A DNA stretch of 64,000 nucleotides, from the NCBI GenBank assembly GCA_964584335.1, contig CAZOZN010000002.1:8025-72024 (forward strand). Direction: 5' to 3'. A program made the position numbers and the translations under genes. Below, one piece after another: positions 9,454 through 18,450 of this stretch (the stretch's first letter is position 1; every line of letters begins with the position of its first letter). Origin of the DNA: an uncultured archaeon. Lineage in GTDB: Archaea; Aenigmatarchaeota; Aenigmatarchaeia; PWEA01; JAGHBM01. The notes under the pieces were generated by a model, which did not search any database, was not told the DNA's origin, and worked only from the letters and a program-made list of their open reading frames with translations.

Positions 9454-10722
9454 ATGGCAGCAGACAAACCTCACTTAAATTTGGTAACTATTGGTCACAT
9501 AGACCATGGTAAGAGTACTCTTATTGGTAGACTTCTTTGGGATACCAAAAACCTACCAGAAGAGCAAATGAGAAAATTAAAAGACTTGGCAAAAGAACTA
9601 AAGAAAGAGACTTTCGAATTTGCTTTCGCTATGGATAGACTTAAGGAAGAAAGAGAAAGGGGGGTTACAATAGACGTTATGCATACGAGGTTCGATACAA
9701 ACAAGTATTATTTCACGGTGATAGATGCACCGGGACACAGGGACTTCGTAAAGAACATGATTACAGGAACTTCCCAGGCAGATGCCGCTATTTTGGCTGT
9801 TTCTGCAAAAGAAGGTCCCCAAGAACAGACAAAAGAACACGTTTACCTGGCAAAGGTTTTAGGAGTAAACCAAATGATAGTGGCTGTAAATAAGATGGAC
9901 ACCGTAGAATATGCAGAAAAAAGGTACAAAGAAGTAAGCGAAGAAGTAACAAAGATACTAAAGACAATAGGATACGATGCAAGTAAGATACCATTCATAC
10001 CTGTATCGGCATACAAGGGAGACAACATAGCAAGCAAATCAGAGAACATGAGTTGGTACGGTGGCAAGACTCTATTGGAAGCTTTGGACGACATAACAGA
10101 ACCAGAAAAACCAGTCGACAAGCCTTTGAGATTGCCTATACAGGACGTTTACTCAATAACCGGTGTTGGTGCTGTTCCAGTCGGAAGAGTGGAAACAGGA
10201 ACAATAAACAAAGGCGATAAGATTCTTTTCTTGCCGTCAAACGTTACCGGTGAAGTAAAATCAATAGAGATGCATCACGAAGAAGTACCAAAGGCAAACC
10301 CAGGAGACAATATAGGATTTAACGTAAGGGGTGTAGACAAGAAAGCTGTGAAAAGAGGAGATGTAGTTTGTCATCCAGACAAACCAGCTACAATAGCAAA
10401 GGAATTTAAAGCACAGATAATCGTGTTAAACCATCCTAACGTAATAGCAAAAGGTTACACACCAGTATTCCATTGCCACACGTCGCAGATAGCATGCAAG
10501 ATAATGGAAATTGAAAAGAAAATAAATCCGAAGACCGGTGAGACAATAGAAGAAAACCCGGACTTCATAAAAACAGGTGACGCGGCAATAGTAAAGGTTG
10601 TACCAAACAAACCTATGGTAGTAGAGAGCAACAAAGAGTTCCCAGAATTGAGCAGATTTGCTATAAGAGACATGGGACAGACAGTTGCAGCCGGTGTTTG
10701 TATAGAAGTAACAGCAGCTTAA
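9454..10722 (+). CDS. tuf: Translation elongation factor EF-1 alpha (aEF1A).
   Basis: [10 protein letters not shown] (G1), DAPGHRDF (G3), NKMD (G4); 422 aa; followed by rps10 as in archaeal tuf-rps10 operons. Confidence 0.95.
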   Translation: MAADKPHLNLVTIGHIDHGKSTLIGRLLWDTKNLPEEQMRKLKDLAKELKKETFEFAFAMDRLKEERERGVTIDVMHTRFDTNKYYFTVIDAPGHRDFVKNMITGTSQADAAILAVSAKEGPQEQTKEHVYLAKVLGVNQMIVAVNKMDTVEYAEKRYKEVSEEVTKILKTIGYDASKIPFIPVSAYKGDNIASKSENMSWYGGKTLLEALDDITEPEKPVDKPLRLPIQDVYSITGVGAVPVGRVETGTINKGDKILFLPSNVTGEVKSIEMHHEEVPKANPGDNIGFNVRGVDKKAVKRGDVVCHPDKPATIAKEFKAQIIVLNHPNVIAKGYTPVFHCHTSQIACKIMEIEKKINPKTGETIEENPDFIKTGDAAIVKVVPNKPMVVESNKEFPELSRFAIRDMGQTVAAGVCIEVTAA

Positions 10723-10753
10723 AGGGTTTAAACCCTTTACTCTCTTTTTTTTT
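10723..10753 (+). terminator. Perfect 14-nt palindrome AGGGTTTAAACCCT immediately after the tuf stop, followed by a T9 run.
   Basis: Hairpin plus oligo-T read directly at 10723-10736 and 10745-10753. Archaeal termination commonly occurs at oligo-T tracts. Confidence 0.45.
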
Positions 10754-10838
10754 ATTTTAAACTTCATTTTAACGAAAAAATAAACTATTTAAATGTGACT
10801 GTATAACTATTCTCTTAGAAAAATGTTAAAATAGGTAT

Positions 10839-11168
10839 ATGGTGAAAATAATGCAAAAAGCAAGGATAAAATTGGCAGGCACGAACCCTGATGACTTGAA
10901 TAAGGTATGCAACCAAATAAAGGAGATAACAGACAAATTCGGGGTATCTATGAGAGGACCCATTTACCTTCCCACAAAAAAGCTTGTAATACCTACAATG
11001 AAACAAAAAAAGACAGGAACCGGACACGGAAACGCAACCTGGGACAAATGGGAAATGAGAATACACAAAAGGCTTATAGATGTCGGAGCAAACCAAAGAG
11101 CGCTGCGTTACATAATGAGGATAAATATACCTGATAATATAAACATAGCGATAGAACTTACAAACTGA
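10839..11168 (+). CDS. rps10: Ribosomal protein uS10.
   Basis: [13 protein letters not shown]...[14 protein letters not shown]...[11 protein letters not shown] matches the S10 fold; position after tuf. Confidence 0.9.
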   Translation: MVKIMQKARIKLAGTNPDDLNKVCNQIKEITDKFGVSMRGPIYLPTKKLVIPTMKQKKTGTGHGNATWDKWEMRIHKRLIDVGANQRALRYIMRINIPDNINIAIELTN

Positions 11169-11170
11169 TT

Positions 11171-11764
11171 CTAAAACCCTGATAAAGAAAGTACATAATA
11201 AAAAAGCGCCACTATAAAACCTGTCAAAATAGTTTTTAAACCGTATATTATTTTATTTTCCTTTGCTATTTTTGCCATAAAAATACCCATATAAAACAAA
11301 ATTATACCGCCAAATAAAAATGATATGTAATAAGAATATTGATTAAATACAAAAAATGGAGAAGTTATAATTAATCCGGAAATAAGCGGAGACAGCCCAT
11401 TTGAAAGGGAAACTAAAAATACGTTTTTTTTCATCTTGTTATGTATATCTGTTCCCTTCAAACCCTTCATCATGTGTTTTTCAATATTAAAAAAAGAATC
11501 CCTGAACTCCGACTTTTCAGAAAGATAAGCACTCCAGCTTCCTGAAACAAACATAGCAAAGCTAGCTCCTATAGATGGAAGTATTATAATTCTGGGGTCA
11601 TTGGTACCAACCAATAAGTTGGCTATTATTATAGCCAGAACTGCCAAGGTGCCGTCAAAAGAGTTTACAACCATGTATCTTCTGACTATTCTATTACTTT
11701 TTATTAGATTATTTATCTCTTTAATCATCTTATCAGTTCTTGGTCTTTTTAAGAACTGCAGCAT
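11171..11764 (-). CDS. Integral membrane protein, probable VIT1/CCC1-family (COG1814-like) Fe/Mn transporter. True start probably at the internal Met near 11728.
   Basis: RRYMVVNSFDGTLAVLAIIIANL resembles the VIT-family signature helix; 4-5 TM helices; adjacent to DUF211, a known COG1814/COG1888 pairing. Confidence 0.4.
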   Translation of the reverse strand: MLQFLKRPRTDKMIKEINNLIKSNRIVRRYMVVNSFDGTLAVLAIIIANLLVGTNDPRIIILPSIGASFAMFVSGSWSAYLSEKSEFRDSFFNIEKHMMKGLKGTDIHNKMKKNVFLVSLSNGLSPLISGLIITSPFFVFNQYSYYISFLFGGIILFYMGIFMAKIAKENKIIYGLKTILTGFIVALFYYVLSLSGF

Positions 11765-12008
11765 CTATACTATGAACAACTGCGCCGAGTTTTTCTATTC
11801 TTTTTCTCAATTTATCAAAGTTAACATTTTTTCCGTTAACAACTATTTTCAATGTTTCAGTTTCCCTGTCTATTTCCAAAACAGAAATCTCAAGGCTTTC
11901 TATACTACTCTCCTTTGAAAGTATTTCCCTTCCGAGTTTTAGAATATCAGGTTCGTGGGGTTTTAGTACATCAAGAACAACAGATTTGAGGTTATTCAAT
12001 AAAATCAC
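11733..12008 (-). CDS. DUF211/COG1888-family small archaeal protein.
   Basis: LDVLKPHEP...IDRETETLKIVVNGKNVNFDKLRKRIEKLGAVVHSIDAAV matches the conserved DUF211 pattern (LDvlKPh ... IHSIDeV). Confidence 0.5.
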   Translation of the reverse strand: MILLNNLKSVVLDVLKPHEPDILKLGREILSKESSIESLEISVLEIDRETETLKIVVNGKNVNFDKLRKRIEKLGAVVHSIDAAVLKKTKN

Positions 12009-12064
12009 CTATTTTATTTTTATTATATAGATATAAAAATAAAGAACCTAATAAATAAACATTT

Positions 12065-12194
12065 GCTGGGATGGCCGAGCGGACCAAGGCGCTAGCCTGG
12101 AAAGCTAGTATGCTTCGGCATGCGAGGGTTCGAAAGTGTATATTTTCTTTTATCAAAAGAGAAAATAATGCTGTAATTCCCTCTCCCAGCGCCA
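12065..12194 (+). tRNA. tRNA-Ser(GGA) with a ~43-nt intron in the T-loop region (about position 59/60); encoded CCA.
   Basis: Acceptor GCTGGGA/TCCCAGC, discriminator G, class-II D-arm GCC-GAGCGGACCAAG-GGC, anticodon stem CTAGC/GCTAG, loop CTGGAAA, variable hairpin ATGC-TTCG-GCAT, T-stem GAGGG. T-loop TTCGAA(A) is then interrupted by 12136-12178 before CCCTC. Confidence 0.75.
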
Positions 12195-12411
12195 TTTGAC
12201 TTCTTCCAAAACATTTAAATACATTACATTACAAGATTAAAAGTCTCTCAACGCGATGGATTAGTATAATGAAACACCGCATTCTTGAAAAAGGGCCAAA
12301 GAAAAGGTCGTGAAAAAGCTTAAATAACAATAGTATATAATATTCATATCCGTTTTTAACGGGTTGGGTGATTGATACGACCAAGTTAAGTATCCAATCA
12401 AAGGTGAATAA

Positions 12412-13362
12412 ATGCCACACACACATAAACCAAGAGATGGAAGTTTACAATATTGGCCAAGAAAGAAGTCAAAAAGGATATATCCCAATATTTCTAATTA
12501 TCCGAATGTTAAGGAAGCTAAACCTCTTGCTTTTGCCGGATATAAAGTCGGTATGACAAGAGTTTTCTTTAAGGACAATAAAAAAGGCTCTCCGACATAT
12601 GGACAAACTATTTCTCACCCCGTTACTGTTATTGAAACACCTTCTATCTTCGTTCTCGGTTTGCGAGCTTATTCTAATGATTCAGGTGTCATAAGCGAAT
12701 TATATGCAAAAGATATACCAAAAGAAATTAAAAAGAAAATCAACATCAAAAAAAATAAAACAAAAGAATTAGAAGATTTTGACGATTTAAGACTAATTGT
12801 ATGCACACAGCCGAACAAAACAGGAATAGGTAAAAAGAAGCCCGAAATATTTGAGATAGGAGTTGGCGGAGAAAAGGAAGATAAAAAGAAATTTGCAATG
12901 GAAAAAATCGGCAAGGAACTAAAAATAAGTGAAGTATTTAGCGAGGGTGAATATATAGACAGCTTGTCTGTTACCAAAGGAAAAGGATTTCAAGGTGTCG
13001 TTAAAAGATATGGTGTCAAGCTTAGAGGCAGAAAGGACGAAAAACATCACAGACAGATAGGAGTAATAGGAACAGAAGGAGTTGCAAGAGTTATATATAC
13101 TGTTCCCCAGCCCGGTCAGGTAGGTTTTCACAGAAGAACAGAATTCAACAAAAAAATATATAAAATAGGGGAAGATCCTAAAGAAATAAACCCAAATGGC
13201 GGTTTTCTAAATTATGGATTAGTAAAAGATAACTATATACTAATAAAAGGTTCGGTTTCCGGGCCAAAAAAGAGATTGATATTGCTAAGAGCTCCTGTTA
13301 GAGCAAATAAGAAAGGTTATCCAATTGAAATAGAAAAAATGGATAAAACAAGTCAGCAGTGA
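12412..13362 (+). CDS. rpl3: Ribosomal protein uL3 (with Lys-rich insertion).
   Basis: N- and C-terminal L3 motifs (FAGYKVGMTRVF...; GKGFQGVVKRYG); first gene of the L3-L4-L23-L2 block. Confidence 0.9.
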   Translation: MPHTHKPRDGSLQYWPRKKSKRIYPNISNYPNVKEAKPLAFAGYKVGMTRVFFKDNKKGSPTYGQTISHPVTVIETPSIFVLGLRAYSNDSGVISELYAKDIPKEIKKKINIKKNKTKELEDFDDLRLIVCTQPNKTGIGKKKPEIFEIGVGGEKEDKKKFAMEKIGKELKISEVFSEGEYIDSLSVTKGKGFQGVVKRYGVKLRGRKDEKHHRQIGVIGTEGVARVIYTVPQPGQVGFHRRTEFNKKIYKIGEDPKEINPNGGFLNYGLVKDNYILIKGSVSGPKKRLILLRAPVRANKKGYPIEIEKMDKTSQQ

Positions 13363-13616
13363 TTTTTATGATAAAAGATTTTTTAAAACCAAATTTGAAG
13401 AAAATTATAATTTTTATTATACTTTTAGTTTTAGGTTTTATTCTAAATCAATTAGACATTTCTTTTTTCATACTAGATCCAATTACAACAATAATAAAAG
13501 GAGTACCCTGTGCTGGAGGATATTGTTCTGAATTGCCTCTTGGTTTTATAACTCTAATACTTTTTTACATTTTATCATGTCTAATAGCATATTTCTTAAG
13601 AGGTAGAAAGAAATGA
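13359..13616 (+). CDS. Small two-TM membrane protein inserted between rpl3 and rpl4 (GTG start overlapping the L3 stop; stop overlapping the L4 start).
   Basis: 85 aa, two hydrophobic helices, CAGGYCSE motif. Exactly fills the L3-L4 gap with 4-nt overlaps on both sides. Confidence 0.45.
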   Translation: MIFMIKDFLKPNLKKIIIFIILLVLGFILNQLDISFFILDPITTIIKGVPCAGGYCSELPLGFITLILFYILSCLIAYFLRGRKK

Positions 13617-14410
13617 AAGCTAATGTTTTGAATTTGGAAGGAAAAAAAGAGGGTACGGTAGACTTGCCTGATTTGTTCTTGACTGATTACAGACCCGATT
13701 TGATTAAAAGGGCTGTATTGGCCGCCAGAGCTAACAGAAGACAAAAATACGGCTCGGATAAAATGGCAGGAAACAGAACATCAGCACACTATCATGGTTT
13801 AACAAGCAAAGACCCCAGCCAAAAAATGATGCAAAGGGATATGGCAAGAATACCAAGAGAGCACGGTGACACAGCAAGGTTTATGAGAGGAAGGCTGGTG
13901 CCTCAAACTGTCGGTGGTAGGAGAGCACATCCCCCAAAGACAGAAAGAAATTGGAGCAAAAAAATAAACAAAAAAGAAAGGCTTCTCGCAATAAGAAGTG
14001 CGATAGCCGCAACAAACAAAAAAGATATAGTAAAAAAGAGGAACCATTTGTTTGATTGTGAGCTTCCGATAGTAATTATAGACTCTGTCGAGAGCATCAA
14101 GAAACCAAAAGAAGTTATAGAAATGATGAAAAAAATCGGTCTTGAAGATGAAATAAAAAGAACCAAAGAAAAAAAGAAAAGGTCCGGAAAATCAAAACTA
14201 AGAAGAGGTAAGAAAAAGAACAAAATAGGCCCGCTTATAGTAATAAAAGATGATAAGGGAATCGTTAACGCGTGCAAAAATATACAAGGCATGGAAGCAA
14301 TAAAACTTAAAGAATTGAATTCTGAGTTACTTTCTCCCGGAGCTCATGGCATAAGATTGACTATATGGTCAAAAACTGCATTTGAAGAGCTTAAAAAATA
14401 CAATAAATAG
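13613..14410 (+). CDS. rpl4: Ribosomal protein uL4.
   Basis: L4 N-terminal core (VLNLEGKKEGTVDLPDLF, ...QKYGSDKMAGNRTSAHYHG); conserved position. Confidence 0.9.
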   Translation: MKANVLNLEGKKEGTVDLPDLFLTDYRPDLIKRAVLAARANRRQKYGSDKMAGNRTSAHYHGLTSKDPSQKMMQRDMARIPREHGDTARFMRGRLVPQTVGGRRAHPPKTERNWSKKINKKERLLAIRSAIAATNKKDIVKKRNHLFDCELPIVIIDSVESIKKPKEVIEMMKKIGLEDEIKRTKEKKKRSGKSKLRRGKKKNKIGPLIVIKDDKGIVNACKNIQGMEAIKLKELNSELLSPGAHGIRLTIWSKTAFEELKKYNK

Positions 14411-14412
14411 GT

Positions 14413-14721
14413 GTGAAAATGGCTAAAAAGGATGATAAAAAAGAGGACAAAAAATTACTCGTAGACCCTTGGAAGATAGTAATAGCTCCGCACCTGAGTG
14501 AAAAAAATATAGGATTGGTGGAATCGGAAAACAAATTAGTCTTCATAGTTAACGAAAAATCAAACAAAAAACAGATAAAATGGGCTGTAGAAAAATTATT
14601 TGATGTAAAAGTAGATAACGTCAATGTTTTGAACGATATGAAGAATAGAAAAAAAGCATTTGTTAAATTAACAAAAGACTACATAGCACTTGACGTTGCA
14701 ACAAAACTAGGAATGTTGTGA
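14413..14721 (+). CDS. rpl23: Ribosomal protein uL23.
   Basis: PWKIVIAPHLSEKN...VFIVNEKSNKKQIKWAVEKLFDVKV is typical of L23. Confidence 0.9.
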   Translation: MKMAKKDDKKEDKKLLVDPWKIVIAPHLSEKNIGLVESENKLVFIVNEKSNKKQIKWAVEKLFDVKVDNVNVLNDMKNRKKAFVKLTKDYIALDVATKLGML

Positions 14722-14725
14722 TAAT

Positions 14726-15403
14726 ATGGGTAAGATAAGAGCACAGAAGAAGGGAAAAAGTAAGAGATATAGAGTCCCTAAAGGAAGGTATAAAAATCAA
14801 TCAAAATACAAAGAAGGGAAAGGAAAAATAATAGATATTGTTCATTCGATAAGAAGGCCAATGTTAAAGGTGGAAAAAGAAGGTGATACCTTTTTTATGA
14901 TAGCACCCGAGGATGTTTCTGTCGGAGATGAGATAGAAATAGGAAAAGATGCAAAAGCAAGAAAGGGTAATGTTCTTCCTTTAAAGGATATACCGGAAGG
15001 CACTCCTATATTTAACATAGAAAAATTCCCAGGAGATAACGGCTCTTTTATAAGAAGCAGCGGTGGTTTCGGCATAATAACCAGCAAAGATAAGAAATGT
15101 ATTGTAAAGTTTCCATCCAAAAAAACAAGATCATTTAACTTAAACTGTAAGGCAACAGTTGGCGTTGTAGCAGGAAGCGGGAGGGTTGAAAAACCCATAC
15201 TGAGAGCGGGCACAATGCACAAAATAATGAAATCAAAAGGAAAATTATATCCAATAACCTCTGGAACAGCTATGAACCCTGTAGACCATCCTTTTGGTGG
15301 TAAGACCAGACCCGGAATACCAAAGACAACATCCAGAAACGCACCGCCTGGAGCAAAGGTCGGTTCAATAGCAGCAAAAAGAACAGGAAAGAGGAGAAGG
15401 TGA
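14726..15403 (+). CDS. rpl2: Ribosomal protein uL2.
   Basis: L2 C-terminal signature SGTAMNPVDHPFGGKTRPG. Confidence 0.9.
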   Translation: MGKIRAQKKGKSKRYRVPKGRYKNQSKYKEGKGKIIDIVHSIRRPMLKVEKEGDTFFMIAPEDVSVGDEIEIGKDAKARKGNVLPLKDIPEGTPIFNIEKFPGDNGSFIRSSGGFGIITSKDKKCIVKFPSKKTRSFNLNCKATVGVVAGSGRVEKPILRAGTMHKIMKSKGKLYPITSGTAMNPVDHPFGGKTRPGIPKTTSRNAPPGAKVGSIAAKRTGKRRR

Positions 15404-15407
15404 TAAA

Positions 15408-15788
15408 ATGGTTAAGAAATTTATGTTCAGGGGAAAGACAATTGAAGAAATAAAGAAAATGGACTTGAAAGAATTTTCAAAGTATCTAAGCTCTAGAAAA
15501 AGAAGAAGTTTGGAAAGAGGATTCACTCACGAACAAAAAACATTAATTAAGAAAATTGAAAAGGGTAAAAATTTCATAAAGACCCATAGAAGAGATATGA
15601 TAATAATACCTCAAATGTTGGATAAAAAAATAAGCGTTTATAACGGAAAAGAATTTGTAACACTGGAAATAACCCCGGAAATGTTAGGATATTACTTGGG
15701 AGAATTCGTAAGAACAAGAAAAGAAACTAAACACTCTTCTCCTGGTATGGGAGCGACAAGAAGCTCTAAGTTTGTACCTTTGAAGTGA
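15408..15788 (+). CDS. rps19: Ribosomal protein uS19.
   Basis: FRGKTIEE...GKEFVTLEITPEMLGYYLGEFVRTRK...HSSPGMGATRSS is the S19 signature. Confidence 0.9.
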   Translation: MVKKFMFRGKTIEEIKKMDLKEFSKYLSSRKRRSLERGFTHEQKTLIKKIEKGKNFIKTHRRDMIIIPQMLDKKISVYNGKEFVTLEITPEMLGYYLGEFVRTRKETKHSSPGMGATRSSKFVPLK

Positions 15789-15792
15789 TAAT

Positions 15793-16203
15793 ATGGTTAA
15801 GTATCCTGTAAAAGCTGAAAAAGGAGAAGTAAAGGCAGCTGGTATAGGTCTCCCCATATCAACAAAAAGAAGTATTATGGTATGCAAAAAAATAAACAAG
15901 CTTGAGTTAGAAAAAGCAAAGAATTTTTTAGAGGATATGATAAGCGGGAAAAGAGAAATAGAAAGAAAGCATTTCACAAAAACTTGCAAGGAAATATTGA
16001 AAATACTTGAAAGCGGGGAAAAGAATGCAAAATACAGCGGTATGGAATATCCTCTAATAAAAACAATATGTGCTGAAAAGGGCGCTAAGAGACTCAGGAT
16101 GAAAAGAAGAAGGTCTTTCGGTTCAAGCATAAAAAACACAAACATAAAGTTAATCCTAAAAGAGGGCAAGAAAAAAACCAAAAAAGAAGGTGCTAAGAAA
16201 TGA
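15793..16203 (+). CDS. rpl22: Ribosomal protein uL22.
   Basis: AKAAGIGLPISTKRSIMVCKKINKLELEKAKNFLEDMI is L22-like; operon position. Confidence 0.85.
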   Translation: MVKYPVKAEKGEVKAAGIGLPISTKRSIMVCKKINKLELEKAKNFLEDMISGKREIERKHFTKTCKEILKILESGEKNAKYSGMEYPLIKTICAEKGAKRLRMKRRRSFGSSIKNTNIKLILKEGKKKTKKEGAKK

Positions 16204-16958
16204 GTATAAAAAACAAGTTCATATTTAACAACACAAAAAAACCGAAAATAGAAAAGTTCCTTTGCAAGGAATTCGAAAGATATGGTTACTCTCATTCCAC
16301 TATAAGAAAAACACATACAGGAATGAATATAACAATATACGCAAACAAACCCGGACTGATAATAGGAAGGGGTGGGGAAAATATTAATAAAGTATCGGAC
16401 AAGCTCAAAGAAAAATTCAATTTTGAAAACATAAAGATAGACGTTCAGGAAATAGATAAACCTTACATGAATTCAAAAATAGTTGCAGAGGAAATTAAAA
16501 ATGCACTAGAAAGGGGTGTAAACAACAGAAGAATAGGCAACATAATGCTAAGAAAGGTAATAGAAAGCGGTGCCATAGGATGTGAAATAAGATTAAGCGG
16601 CAAACTCGGTTCCGCAAAATCAAGAGTCCAAAGATTCTACAAAGGTTATCTAAAATACTCAGGAGATACTGCAAAAAACTTTGTAGACTACGCAAAAGTA
16701 AGTGCAGTTACAAAAGCAGGTTCAATAGGGATAAAGGTCAGGATAATGAAAGATTACCCGGAGGCAAAAATAAGAGAAATAAAAGAAGTGAAAAAGAAAG
16801 AAGAGAAAAAAGATTTAAAATGCCCGTATTGTGGTAAGGTTTACGAAAAAGAAAGAAGTCTGAAGATACATATAGGACAGAAACACTCAGAAGAAGATAA
16901 ACCAAAAAAAGAAGATAAAAAAGAAAAGGTAGATAAAAATGACGATTCTAAGAAGTAA
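16200..16958 (+). CDS. rps3: Ribosomal protein uS3 (KH domain) with C-terminal Lys/Glu-rich extension carrying a classical C2H2 zinc finger.
   Basis: KH motif GLIIGRGGENINKV; C-terminal CPYCGKVYEKERSLKIHIGQKH fits C-x2-C-x12-H-x4-H. Confidence 0.9.
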   Translation: MSIKNKFIFNNTKKPKIEKFLCKEFERYGYSHSTIRKTHTGMNITIYANKPGLIIGRGGENINKVSDKLKEKFNFENIKIDVQEIDKPYMNSKIVAEEIKNALERGVNNRRIGNIMLRKVIESGAIGCEIRLSGKLGSAKSRVQRFYKGYLKYSGDTAKNFVDYAKVSAVTKAGSIGIKVRIMKDYPEAKIREIKEVKKKEEKKDLKCPYCGKVYEKERSLKIHIGQKHSEEDKPKKEDKKEKVDKNDDSKK

Positions 16959-17151
16959 AGAAGTTAGGAAAATGACAGACAAAGAGATAGACAAAAAGGT
17001 AGAGGAGCTTAACCTGGAACTTTCCAAAAAGAAAGCTCAGATAATAGTGGGTGGTGCTCCTGAAAACACTGGCAGAATAAGAGAAATCAAAAAAACTATT
17101 GCCAGGATATTAACAATAAAAAAAGAAAAAAAGGTGATAAAAAATCAGTGA
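16939..17151 (+). CDS. rpl29: Ribosomal protein uL29.
   Basis: ILRSKEVRKMTDKEIDKKVEELNLELSKKKAQ is L29-like; operon position. Confidence 0.85.
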   Translation: MTILRSKEVRKMTDKEIDKKVEELNLELSKKKAQIIVGGAPENTGRIREIKKTIARILTIKKEKKVIKNQ

Positions 17152-17152
17152 A

Positions 17153-17452
17153 ATGTGTCCAAATTGCGGACTCCCGAAAGACCTTTGTATATGTGAGACA
17201 CTAGCAAAAGAGGAAAAAAAATTAAATGTCTATGTTGATAGGAGAAGATACGGAAAAGCTATGACTGTAATAGAAAACGTATCAAACGACATGAATCCAG
17301 GAGAAATATTAACAAAACTCAAAAAAAGACTTGCTTGTGGGGGCACATACAAAAACGGGAAAATAGAACTACAAGGAAATCACATAAGAAAAATGGAAAA
17401 CCTATTGACGAAACTTGGTTTTTCAAAAAAGCAACTTGAAATAAAAAATTAA
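17153..17452 (+). CDS. sui1: Translation initiation factor SUI1 (aSUI1/eIF1).
   Basis: Cys-rich N-terminus and SUI1 core RRYGKAMTVIENV...LACGGTYKNGKIELQGNH; conserved position after L29 in archaea. Confidence 0.85.
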   Translation: MCPNCGLPKDLCICETLAKEEKKLNVYVDRRRYGKAMTVIENVSNDMNPGEILTKLKKRLACGGTYKNGKIELQGNHIRKMENLLTKLGFSKKQLEIKN

Positions 17453-17718
17453 TGATGATAACAAAAAAGAACATAAAAAAACACGAGATAATCGGTCTTG
17501 AAGTAGAGGTATTAAAAAGCAAAAACAAATCACAAGAAAAAATGAAAGGTCTTGTGGTTGATGAAACAAAAAAAACCATAAAAGTAGATACAAAAAAAGA
17601 GGAAAAAACGATACCTAAACAGGATACCGTTTTCATGTTCAAGAAAAACAAAAAGGTAATCAAAGTAAACGGAAACGATATAATGTTCAGACCAGAAGAA
17701 AGAATAAGAAAATGTTAA
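17452..17718 (+). CDS. rnp1: RNase P protein component Rpp29 (Pop4-like).
   Basis: IGLEVEVLKSKNKSQEKMKGLVVDETKKTIKV...IPKQDTVFMF matches the Rpp29 Sm-like core; canonical position between SUI1 and S17. Confidence 0.6.
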   Translation: MMITKKNIKKHEIIGLEVEVLKSKNKSQEKMKGLVVDETKKTIKVDTKKEEKTIPKQDTVFMFKKNKKVIKVNGNDIMFRPEERIRKC

Positions 17719-17719
17719 G

Positions 17720-18055
17720 GTGAATAAAATGAATGAAATAGGACTAAGCGTAAATGCACCAAAAGATAAATGCAACAGTAGAAAATGCCCATTCCATGGA
17801 ACCCTGCCTGTAAGGGGAAGGGTCTTTAATGGCATTGTGATTAGTGATAAGTCTAAAGATACTGTAATCGTAGAGTGGGATTATTTCAATTTTATACCAA
17901 AATACGAAAGATATGAAAGAAAAAAGACAAGAATACTCGCGCACAATCCGTCTTGTATAAACGCGAAAAAAGGAGATTCTGTTACAATTGCAGAATGCAG
18001 ACCGATTAGCAAGAAAAAGAACTTTGTTGTAGTTGAGAAAGAGGTGAAAAAATGA
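17720..18055 (+). CDS. rps17: Ribosomal protein uS17.
   Basis: CPFHGTLPVRGRVFNGIVISDKSKDTVIVE is an S17 OB fold. Confidence 0.9.
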   Translation: MNKMNEIGLSVNAPKDKCNSRKCPFHGTLPVRGRVFNGIVISDKSKDTVIVEWDYFNFIPKYERYERKKTRILAHNPSCINAKKGDSVTIAECRPISKKKNFVVVEKEVKK

Positions 18056-18450
18056 AGGCAACGGGTTCTAGAATAACCAAGGGAATAAATAACGGTGCAA
18101 TTATAAAGTGCATAGATAACAGCGGAGCGAAATTACTTAAGGTTTTTGCTGTAAAGGGTTATAAAGGTCGTAAGAGAAGACAACCAAAGGCCGGTGTCGG
18201 AGACATCGTTTTGTGTTCAGTAAAAAAAGGTACACCAAAAATAAGACAGGAAACCCCGACTGCAGTAATAGTAAGACAAAAAAAGGAAATAAAAAGGCCG
18301 GACGGGACTGTTATAAAATTTGAAGATAATGCTGCCATATTGGTAGGTGAAAAAAAGGAGCCAAGAGGTTCTGAAATAAAGGGTCCTATAGCAAAAGAAG
18401 TCGTAAAAAGATTTCCGCCTATAGGGAAAATAGCAAGAATAGTGATTTAA
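18052..18450 (+). CDS. rpl14: Ribosomal protein uL14.
   Basis: CIDNSGAKLLKVFAV...GDIVLCSVKKG is the L14 signature. Confidence 0.9.
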   Translation: MKATGSRITKGINNGAIIKCIDNSGAKLLKVFAVKGYKGRKRRQPKAGVGDIVLCSVKKGTPKIRQETPTAVIVRQKKEIKRPDGTVIKFEDNAAILVGEKKEPRGSEIKGPIAKEVVKRFPPIGKIARIVI

